Source of the DNA: Verrucomicrobiota bacterium
GTDB lineage: Bacteria; Verrucomicrobiota; Verrucomicrobiia; Chthoniobacterales; SZAS-18
Direction: 5' to 3'
NCBI GenBank assembly: GCA_018240025.1
Contig: JAFEGM010000070.1
Span: forward strand, 1-24,000
Length of the DNA stretch: 24,000 bases
Both the position numbers and the translations under genes were made by a program. This document shows, piece after piece, positions 1 through 6,554 of this stretch. Every line of letters starts with the position of its first letter. The stretch's first letter is position 1. The notes under the pieces are model-generated. The model saw only the letters and a list, made by a program, of their open reading frames with translations, did no database searches and had not been told where the DNA came from.

Positions 1-87
1 GGGTGACGGGGTGACGGGGTGACAAGGTGACGGGGTGACGGGGTGACGGGGGGACGGGGTGACGGGGTGACGGGGTGACGGGGTGAC
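1..87. repeat. Tandem 8-bp repeat (GGGGTGAC)n, 11 units, truncated by the left window edge
   Basis: Read directly. Units are at 1-7 (partial), 8-15, 16-23, 24-31 (variant AAGGTGAC), 32-39, 40-47, 48-55 (variant GGGGGGAC), 56-63, 64-71, 72-79 and 80-87. The array lies 47 nt beyond the stop codon (135-137) of the minus-strand rhomboid gene. Confidence 0.95.
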
Positions 88-134
88 GCGGATGGCCAGC
101 AGAGCTCCGAGGGCGGGGCGCAGGATCGGAGTGC

Positions 135-1046
135 CTAGCCGCCGGCTCGTCGAAGACGCGCGAGGCAGGCGCGTCGGCGCACTTCGTCTCCGAGTTCGCG
201 ATGGATTCTCGCGAGCAGGCGGAGCGATTCGCGATCTTCCGGGCGAAGGGTGAGCGCCTTCTCGCAGAGGGCGCGGGCGGTCTCGGGTTCGTCGAAGGCG
301 AACTCCTCGCGGGCGCGGGCTTTGAGCCAGGTGGGATCCAGCGAGAGGAGTCGAAGGACCGCGCAGGCGCCAAGCGCCATGATCGCAAGGGCGGCGGGCG
401 CGAAGCGGGCAGCGTAGAGGCGGGGGAGGGCGGAACAGATTCCGCAGAGCAGGCCGGCGAAATGGGCGGCGTGAGCCACGCGGGCGTCAGGTGCCGGGGC
501 GACCAGACAGCCAACGACCAGGCCGAGCAGGACGAAAACGACTAGCGCGTCGGGCAGCAATTCTCGACAGCGCTCATGGTGCGAACGGCTGGCCCAGGCG
601 GCACCGAACCAAGCGTAAAGGATGCCGGAGAGGCCCACTGCCTGCGCCCCGGACCAGGCGAGTTCAGCCACGCTGCTGGCCAAGCCGGCGACGACGGTCA
701 GCGCTAGGAAATTCCAGCGACCCAAGGTGGGCTCGAGCACCCGACCGCAGAGCCAGCAGGGGTAAAGATTGAGGACGAGGTGCGCGAAACCGAGATGCAG
801 GAGATTGGCCGTCAGCAAGCCGTGATAGGTCCCTCGGCCGACCGCCTCGCCGGCGGTGACGAACCAGCGGGCTTCCACCTCGTCGGGCCAGCGCCATTGG
901 GCGAGGCCCAAGGTCAGCGCGGTGGCCAGCACGGTGAGCGTGAACCAGGGTGTGCCGAGCCCAAGGCGGGTCCAAGGCAGGTAAAGCCGCCAAGGCGACT
1001 CGGGCGGAGGCGCAGCGGCTGCGTGGATCCGCGGGTGCATCGTCAC
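135..1046 (-). CDS. Rhomboid-family intramembrane serine protease with a short C-terminal TPR-like helical tail
   Basis: 303-aa ORF with multiple hydrophobic helices. Rhomboid signature motifs are present: HLGFAHLVLN (HxxxN), GLSGILYA (GxSG catalytic Ser) and AHFAGLL (catalytic His helix). The C-terminus (ALCEKALTLRPEDRESLRLLARIHRELGD) looks like a single TPR. The start is GTG at 1044-1046. Confidence 0.85.
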   Translation of the reverse strand: MTMHPRIHAAAAPPPESPWRLYLPWTRLGLGTPWFTLTVLATALTLGLAQWRWPDEVEARWFVTAGEAVGRGTYHGLLTANLLHLGFAHLVLNLYPCWLCGRVLEPTLGRWNFLALTVVAGLASSVAELAWSGAQAVGLSGILYAWFGAAWASRSHHERCRELLPDALVVFVLLGLVVGCLVAPAPDARVAHAAHFAGLLCGICSALPRLYAARFAPAALAIMALGACAVLRLLSLDPTWLKARAREEFAFDEPETARALCEKALTLRPEDRESLRLLARIHRELGDEVRRRACLARLRRAGG

Positions 1047-2183
1047 CTAAGCAGCCGCCTTCTTTTTGTCGCCGCCCTGCAGCCAGTCGACGAGTTGGTT
1101 GATGCGTTTCTCGAGGAAGATGCCGGCGGCGCTCAGGACGAGCAGGACGACGAAGACGACGAGGGCGAACTGCCAGACCGACATCCAGCGGATGTCTTTG
1201 CCGATCCAAATCACGAACGGCTGGTGGATGAGGTAGATGCCATACGAATACGCGCCGACCAGTCCGAGCCATTTGGCGATGAAAGGGGATTTTTCCAACC
1301 AGCCGCAGAGCCCGACCACGACCAGGAAGCAGCAGGTGCCGGTGTAGAGATCGGCTCCGATGTAGGGGCCGGCGCCCTGGTAGAAGACGAAGGCAAAGCC
1401 GTAGAGCAGCAGGCCGCCGAAGAATCCCGGAGCGCCCAGCAGCCACCGCTCGACCGACTCGCGATGCTGCAAATGCAGTACCCCGAGCGTCATCCCGAGG
1501 GCGAACTCCGGCAGGCGCGAGAGGGCGAAGCCGCCGAGGGTCCATTCGCCGACGGTGGGCGAAAGGATGAGCTGGTAGTAGCGCGTGCCGAAGCCGATGA
1601 GCAGCCCGACCGCGAGGAACCGCCAGGGCCCGAGGCGGCGGATGAGCCAGAAGAAGAGCGGGAAGGCGGCGACGAGCTGGATGAGCAGCGCGAAGTACCA
1701 CCAGGCGGCGTTGCCGTACATGAAGTTGCTCTTGATGTCGTACATGCGCAGGCCGGTGGCGCTGACGAGGAAACGCCAGTCGATCGGCTCCAGCCAGGTG
1801 AAGGGCGTGAGGAGCAGGGCGAGGTGCGCGACCCAATACATCGGATACAGACGGATGAAGCGCGCCCAATACCACTCGCGCCAATCGACGGGCGCCTTGT
1901 CGGCCTTGCGCCAGGTGGTGGCGGCGAGCGACCAGCCGCTCAGGAGAATGAAGAGGCCCACCGGATGGAACCCGCTCATCGAGAAGGCGTAGCCGATACC
2001 GCGTGCGATCGTCCAAAGCGTGCTGCCGGGCGTGTCCCAGCCGTGCGCGCCTGCGACCTCGGCCCAGAGCTTGCCGGAGGTCGGGGAGGGGGCGTGCTCG
2101 TCGTAGGTGGTGAAGAAATGGAAATAGACCACCCAGAGGATGGCGAGGCCCTTGGCGAGATCGATCCAGACAGTGCGCTTCAT
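1047..2183 (-). CDS. Acyltransferase family 3 (OafA/YrhL-like) integral membrane O-acyltransferase
   Basis: 378-aa polytopic membrane ORF. The N-terminus WIDLAKGLAILWVVYFH is typical of Acyltransferase_3, and the protein is rich in W/Y/F helices. ATG start at 2181-2183. Its stop (1047-1049) directly abuts the rhomboid start codon. Confidence 0.85.
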   Translation of the reverse strand: MKRTVWIDLAKGLAILWVVYFHFFTTYDEHAPSPTSGKLWAEVAGAHGWDTPGSTLWTIARGIGYAFSMSGFHPVGLFILLSGWSLAATTWRKADKAPVDWREWYWARFIRLYPMYWVAHLALLLTPFTWLEPIDWRFLVSATGLRMYDIKSNFMYGNAAWWYFALLIQLVAAFPLFFWLIRRLGPWRFLAVGLLIGFGTRYYQLILSPTVGEWTLGGFALSRLPEFALGMTLGVLHLQHRESVERWLLGAPGFFGGLLLYGFAFVFYQGAGPYIGADLYTGTCCFLVVVGLCGWLEKSPFIAKWLGLVGAYSYGIYLIHQPFVIWIGKDIRWMSVWQFALVVFVVLLVLSAAGIFLEKRINQLVDWLQGGDKKKAAA

Positions 2184-2304
2184 GCCGAAGGCCGCATCTC
2201 AGCGGGTGGGGGTGCAATTGGCAATCCGGACTTGGTCGGCGCGCGAGTGCAGCTTGCAATCCGTCCGCCGTTCCGCGTTGGTCGGGGTTTCCCCCGATCT
2301 CCCT

Positions 2305-3387
2305 ATGGACGCCAAAGCCAAAGAATTTCTCTTCGAACTCCTGCGCACGCCCTCGCCGACCGGCTGGGAGGCGGGCGGCCAGCGCTGCTGGGCGAAATAC
2401 GCGCGCACCGTTTCCGATCGCGTCGAGAGCGACGCCTACGGCACCGCCTGGGCCACGCTCGACGGGCGCGGCAAGCAGCCGCGCCGGGTGATGATCGAGG
2501 CGCATGCCGACGAAATCGGCTTCATCGTCAAGCAGGTGACGAAAGAAGGCTGGCTGCGCATCGACCGCGTGGGCGGCTCGGACACGGCCACGGCGCGCGG
2601 ACGGCGCATCGACCTCCTTGGCGACAAGGGCGTGGTGCGCGGCGTAATCGGCAACACGGCCATCCATCTGCGGAAGGATTCGCTGGCCGACGAGCGCGCG
2701 CCGAAGATCCACGAGCTGTACGTCGACGTCGGCGCCGCCAACGCCGCCGACGTGGCCGCCCTCGGGCTGCGGGTGGGCCATCCGGCCGTGTACTCCGACG
2801 CGGCCGAGATGCTGACGGAACATCGGTTGGTGGGCCGCGCGCTCGATAACCGCCTGGGCGGATTCATCCTCACGCAGGTGCTGGCGAAGCTGCATCGCGC
2901 CAAGCAGCGGCCGGATGCCACGGTCATCGCGGTCAATTCCGTGCAGGAGGAAATCGGCGGCCACGGCGCGCGCATGGCGGCGTATCGGCTCATGCCGGAC
3001 GTCTGCCTGGTGCTCGACGTCACGCACGCCACCGACACGCCCGGCATCGACCATTCCGTGCACGGCGAGGTCACGCTGGGCGGCGGACCGAGCATCACGC
3101 ACGGCACGAGCAATCATCCACACGTGAACGAGCGGCTCATCGCCTGCGCGGAGAAGGCCGGCATTCCGATCCAGCACGAGAGCAGCTCGCGCTACAGCGG
3201 CACCGACACGGATACGATCTTCAATGTGCGCGAGGGCATCCCCTGCGGACTGATCTCGCTGCCGCTGCGTTACATGCACAGCGTGGTCGAGATGGCGGAC
3301 CTGCGCGACGTGCAGCGGGTGATCGACCTGATGGCGGCCTTCGTGCTCTCGGTGAGTGCCAAGGACGAGTTCCGAGTGAGCCTTTGA
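2305..3387 (+). CDS. M42 family metallopeptidase (glutamyl aminopeptidase / FrvX-like)
   Basis: Lies in the frame of ORF 2140..3387. I place the start at ATG 2305 (MDAKAKEFLFELLRTPSPTG), giving 360 aa, the usual M42 length. Metal-ligand motifs are EAHADEIGF, GRALDNRLG, VQEEIGGHGA, LDVTHATD and LPLRYMHS. The 2140 start would overlap the divergent acyltransferase gene. Confidence 0.85.
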   Translation: MDAKAKEFLFELLRTPSPTGWEAGGQRCWAKYARTVSDRVESDAYGTAWATLDGRGKQPRRVMIEAHADEIGFIVKQVTKEGWLRIDRVGGSDTATARGRRIDLLGDKGVVRGVIGNTAIHLRKDSLADERAPKIHELYVDVGAANAADVAALGLRVGHPAVYSDAAEMLTEHRLVGRALDNRLGGFILTQVLAKLHRAKQRPDATVIAVNSVQEEIGGHGARMAAYRLMPDVCLVLDVTHATDTPGIDHSVHGEVTLGGGPSITHGTSNHPHVNERLIACAEKAGIPIQHESSSRYSGTDTDTIFNVREGIPCGLISLPLRYMHSVVEMADLRDVQRVIDLMAAFVLSVSAKDEFRVSL

Positions 3388-3447
3388 GGATCGCTCCGAC
3401 GGGAGCTTCGGCACACTGGAAGGGGTGCGTCGGGCGGGGATGGTGAA

Positions 3448-3499
3448 CGATTAATGAAAACGATTCTCGACAGATGGGAATCGTTTTGATTGTTAATCG
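3448..3499 (+). promoter_or_regulatory. Imperfect inverted repeat (potential long hairpin) in the AT-rich leader of the cold-shock gene
   Basis: CGATTAA(3448-3454)..AAAACGATTC(3457-3466) is complementary to GAATCGTTTT(3478-3487)..TTAATCG(3493-3499), with an 11-nt loop and one internal bulge. It sits 39 nt upstream of the csp ATG in a locally AT-rich patch. Confidence 0.4.
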
Positions 3500-3537
3500 G
3501 GTCCACCACTCCACCACCCCAGACATCATCTTCCACT

Positions 3538-3759
3538 ATGGACTCCGCCACGAAGTGCAGAGGCACCGTCAAATGGTTCAACGAGAAGAAAGGATTCGGC
3601 TTCATCACGGCTCCTGAGTTCAATGGCGACATTTTCGTGCATTACTCGGTGATCCAAACCGATGGATTCCGCACATTGCAGGAAGGCGAGCCGGTCGAAT
3701 ACGAGCTCTACACCGACGAAAAAGGTGCCAAGGCTCGCAACGTCGTCCGATTGGCCTAA
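3538..3759 (+). CDS. CspA-family cold-shock protein (cold-shock domain)
   Basis: 73 aa starting at ATG 3538. RNP-1-like GTVKWFNEKKGFGFI and RNP-2-like DIFVHYS motifs are present, and the length is typical. The upstream extension to 3490 has no CSD-like sequence. Confidence 0.92.
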   Translation: MDSATKCRGTVKWFNEKKGFGFITAPEFNGDIFVHYSVIQTDGFRTLQEGEPVEYELYTDEKGAKARNVVRLA

Positions 3760-3768
3760 AGTAACGGC

Positions 3769-4338
3769 GTGACCGCCGTTCCACTGCCCGCCACGGAAGT
3801 TGCGGGCAGCATCATTCTCATCGGCCCGATGGGCGCGGGGAAATCCGCGGTCGGACGGGCCCTTGCGGCTGCGACGAGGCACCGCTTCGCCGACACCGAC
3901 CGGCTGGTCGTGCAGCGGGCCGGTCGGCGCATTCCCGACATCTTTGCCGAATCGGGCGAGGCGGCCTTTCGCACGCTGGAGCGGGCTGCGCTGCTCGAAC
4001 TGCATGGCTGGTCGCGTTTGGTGGTGGCGACCGGCGGAGGGATCGTGGAGACCGCCGCGAATCTGCCCACGTTGCGCGAAATGGGCTGCGTGATTTGGCT
4101 GCAGGCCACGGTCGAGGCGCTGTGGCGGCGCGTTTGCACGGATACGAACCGGCCGCTGCTGCAGGTAGCCGATCCACGCGCGGCCCTGCGCGCGACGCTG
4201 GAGCGCCGCGAACCGCTCTATCAGGCCGCGGCGCACGTCAGCGTCGACACTTCGGAAATTGGCGCGCACGAGGTCGCGCAGCGGGCTTTGATGCTGGCCG
4301 TTGAGTTCTTCGGTAGTCGGTCGAAGATGGGAGCGTGA
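3769..4338 (+). CDS. aroK: Shikimate kinase
   Basis: 189 aa. It has the Walker A motif GPMGAGKSAVGRALA, then FADTDRLV (shikimate-binding Asp), GEAAFRTLE and VVATGGG, in AroK order. GTG start at 3769, 9 nt after the csp stop. Confidence 0.85.
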   Translation: MTAVPLPATEVAGSIILIGPMGAGKSAVGRALAAATRHRFADTDRLVVQRAGRRIPDIFAESGEAAFRTLERAALLELHGWSRLVVATGGGIVETAANLPTLREMGCVIWLQATVEALWRRVCTDTNRPLLQVADPRAALRATLERREPLYQAAAHVSVDTSEIGAHEVAQRALMLAVEFFGSRSKMGA

Positions 4339-4673
4339 AAGGACGGCAATTTCGGAAACTCGCTCTCGCGCTCGACCAGGCGGAGGAGGGCAGTCACATG
4401 GATCATGCGGACTTCCGCATCGGTGGCAGGATCTTCGCCAGCCTCGCGCCCGATGAGGACGACTGGGGCATGGTGCAGCTGAGTCCCAGCCAGCAGGAGG
4501 ACTTCATCAACGAGGCTCCGCACATCTTCGCGCCCGTGCCCGGTGCCTGGGGCCGGGCCGGAGCGACCCGCGTGGTGCTGGAAATGGCGAATCCGGAGAT
4601 CACGACCCGGGCGCTCCAGGCCGCGTATCAAAACGTGGTCAGCGCGAGCGAGGCGCGAAAGCGGAAGAAGTGA
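4335..4673 (+). CDS. MmcQ/YjbR-family (putative DNA-binding) small protein
   Basis: 112 aa. The pattern ADFRIGGRIFASL...VQLSPSQQEDFI...FAPVPGAWGRAGATRVVL matches my recollection of the YjbR/MmcQ fold family. The GTG start overlaps the aroK stop (GTGA, 4335-4338). Its stop TGA (4671-4673) is the first unit of the heptamer array. Confidence 0.6.
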   Translation: MKGRQFRKLALALDQAEEGSHMDHADFRIGGRIFASLAPDEDDWGMVQLSPSQQEDFINEAPHIFAPVPGAWGRAGATRVVLEMANPEITTRALQAAYQNVVSASEARKRKK

Positions 4674-4754
4674 GAGGTGAGAGGTGAGAGGTGAGAGGTG
4701 AGAGGTGAGAGGTGAGAGGTGAGAGGTGAGAGGTGAGAGGTGAGAGGTGAGAGG
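4671..4754. repeat. Perfect tandem 7-bp repeat (TGAGAGG)x12
   Basis: Read directly: 12 identical head-to-tail units from 4671 to 4754, with no variant positions. It lies between the convergent YjbR-like gene (+) and pepF (-, stop at 4807-4809). Confidence 0.97.
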
Positions 4755-4806
4755 TGGGCGGCCCGGGACGTCGGAGTCTCGATCAGCGGCTCAGACGCGC
4801 CAAGTC

Positions 4807-6513
4807 TCAAGGCGCCCGCCCGATCGCCTCGCGCACCTCCGCCATCAGTGGCACCAGCGTGCCCGCGGTGAAATCGAACTTCAGCCCCGCGGCCTCGAAC
4901 AGTTCGGGCAGCGGACGCGAGCCGCCGAGCGCGAGCGCGTGCAGGTAGGCGTCGATCGCCCGGCCGGTGTCGCGCCGCGCCTGGCCCCACATCTGCAGCG
5001 CGCCGAGCTGGGCGATGCCGTACTCGATGTAGTAGAACGGGAGCAGGAAGATGTGCAGCTGCCGGTGCCAGAGACAGGCTTTCGCTGCCTCGTAGCCGGC
5101 AAAGCTCTCCAGACCGCCGAAGCGCTCCATCAGCCCCTCCCAGCAGGCGCGGCGCTCGGCGCGGGTGTGTCCGGGGTGGGTGTAGATCCAATGCTGGAAG
5201 GCATCGACGATGGCCATCCACGGGAAGAAGGCGGCGATCTTTTCCAGGTGTTCGCGGCGGGCGCGGTCGGCTTCCTCGGCGGTGTAGAATTTCTCCAGCT
5301 GCGGGGCGGCAATGAGCTCCATGCTCATCGAGGCGACCTCGGCGAACTCGAGCGGAGAGTCGCGGTATTCGCCCAACTTCTGCTCGCGGGCGGCCACCGA
5401 GTGGAAGGCGTGGCCGGCCTCGTGCAGCAGGGTCGTGACGTCGGAGTGTACGCCGACCGCATTCATGAAGATGAAGGGCAGACGCGCCTCGCGCAGCGTT
5501 TCCTGATATCCGCCGGGCGCCTTGCCCTTGCGGCTTTCGAGATCGAGCAGGCCGTGCTCGCTCAGGAGCGCGAACGAGGCGGCCAAGCGCGGATCGAGCT
5601 GCGCGAAGATGGCCTGCGATTTCTGCACGAGGTCCGCCGCGCCGTCGAAGGGCTTGAGCGGCGGGAACCCGTGCGGATCGACCGAGAGATCCCACGGCCG
5701 CAGCGTGTCGACGCCGAGCGCCGCCGCGCGTTGCCGATGCAGCTCGCGCAGAAATGGCACGCAGGCCTGCTCGATGGCGTCGTGGAAGCGCAGGCAATCC
5801 TCGGGCGTGTAATCGAACCGCTCCTTGGCCGCGAACTGGTAGTCCCGGTGGTTGGCGAATCCGGCCTCGCGGGCGATCTCCTCGCGCAGGCGGAGCAACT
5901 GATCGAAGATCTCCTCCAGCGCCTCGGCGTCCTGCAGGCGCCGGTTCGCCACCAGCTCCCAGGCCTGCTGCCGACGGGCGCGGTCATTCTCCAGCAGCAC
6001 GCGACCCATCTGCGCCAGCGTCTGCTCCTGGCCGTCGAACTCGACGGTCATCGCGCCGATCAATTTGTTGTACTGCGTGCAGAGCTTGGATTCCTCGACC
6101 TCGCGCGCGACGTTGGCCTCGCGATAGAGGGCCACGTGATTGCGCACACTGCGGCGCCAGACGTCGTAGTAGGAGGGCAGCGCGTCGAAGCCGGGATGCG
6201 CCACGAGCGCCTTTTGCAGCTCGAACTGCCGCGGTTTCAGCCACGGCTCGACGTTTTCGACCAAATGCAGGTAGGCCGCCTCGCGCGCGGCGTCATCGGT
6301 CTGACAGGTCATCGCGATGTAGGTCTGCGCGAAGACTTCCGAGATGGCCGCGCCGACCTCGCCGTACTCTTCCAGCCAGGCTTCGAGCGCCTCGGCGTGC
6401 GGCGCAGCTGCGAGCCGCTGGGTGAGTTGGTCGAAGACGGGCGCCAGCGCGTCCGTGCTGGTCAGGTCGATTTGGGCGGGCAGGAAACGGCGAGGGCGAA
6501 AGGGCGCGGGCAC
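4807..6513 (-). CDS. pepF: M3 family oligoendopeptidase (PepF-like, M3B)
   Basis: 568 aa. The zinc motif HEAGHAFH (HEXXH) is followed by a downstream Glu-containing helix (EFAEVASM). Length and overall layout are typical of oligoendopeptidase F. Apparent GTG start at 6511-6513. Confidence 0.88.
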   Translation of the reverse strand: MPAPFRPRRFLPAQIDLTSTDALAPVFDQLTQRLAAAPHAEALEAWLEEYGEVGAAISEVFAQTYIAMTCQTDDAAREAAYLHLVENVEPWLKPRQFELQKALVAHPGFDALPSYYDVWRRSVRNHVALYREANVAREVEESKLCTQYNKLIGAMTVEFDGQEQTLAQMGRVLLENDRARRQQAWELVANRRLQDAEALEEIFDQLLRLREEIAREAGFANHRDYQFAAKERFDYTPEDCLRFHDAIEQACVPFLRELHRQRAAALGVDTLRPWDLSVDPHGFPPLKPFDGAADLVQKSQAIFAQLDPRLAASFALLSEHGLLDLESRKGKAPGGYQETLREARLPFIFMNAVGVHSDVTTLLHEAGHAFHSVAAREQKLGEYRDSPLEFAEVASMSMELIAAPQLEKFYTAEEADRARREHLEKIAAFFPWMAIVDAFQHWIYTHPGHTRAERRACWEGLMERFGGLESFAGYEAAKACLWHRQLHIFLLPFYYIEYGIAQLGALQMWGQARRDTGRAIDAYLHALALGGSRPLPELFEAAGLKFDFTAGTLVPLMAEVREAIGRAP

Positions 6514-6519
6514 AGGCAG

Positions 6520-6554
6520 GAAGGATGAAGGAGGAAGGTGGAAGGAAGAAGGGA
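6520..6554. repeat. Degenerate tandem heptamer (GAAGGNN)x5 in a divergent intergenic region
   Basis: GAAGGAT 6520-6526, GAAGGAG 6527-6533, GAAGGTG 6534-6540, GAAGGAA 6541-6547, GAAGGGA 6548-6554. The 13-mer GAAGGATGAAGGA (6520-6532) recurs at 14943-14955. Confidence 0.8.

Noticed and set aside
1-87. Possible CRISPR arrays at 1-87 and 4671-4754.
   Set aside because: The units are only 7-8 bp and directly abut each other with no spacers. There are no cas genes in the window. These are simple tandem repeats.
2140-2304. Long N-terminal extensions offered by the ORF track. They are 2140 for the M42 peptidase, 3490 for csp, 6525 for pqiA-2, 7759 for pqiB, 14559 for the VanZ-like gene, 19432 for the VIT-VWA protein and 22774 for DUF979.
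   Set aside because: The extensions overlap neighbouring genes or encode non-homologous Arg/Pro-rich sequence. Internal ATG codons give family-typical N-termini (signal peptide, TM helix or conserved first motif) and tidy ATGA or short-overlap gene junctions.
664-3414. Very long ORFs antisense to, or out of frame with, the called genes. Examples are 664..3414 (-) 916 aa, 780..2849 (+) 689 aa, 4747..6528 (+), 4628..5797 (-), 10800..12854 (-), 14696..16165 (-), 16049..18139 (+), 16608..17990 (-), 18212..19627 (+), 19618..20460 (+), 20482..21753 (+), 21156..22691 (-), 21785..23008 (+) and 22459..23868 (+).
   Set aside because: Their translations are Arg/Gly/Pro/Ala-dominated low-complexity strings with no recognisable motifs, which is the usual stop-codon-poor artefact in GC-rich DNA. 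Each overlaps an ORF in another frame or strand that carries clear family signatures.
4671-4754. Classical phase-variation switch (out-of-frame repeat inside a CDS), and the HLSPLTS-repeat peptide read through the array by ORF 4628..5797 (-).
   Set aside because: The array starts at the stop codon of the YjbR-like gene and lies after the pepF stop. Copy-number change would therefore not frameshift any supported CDS. The minus-strand ORF through it is an out-of-frame artefact overlapping pepF.
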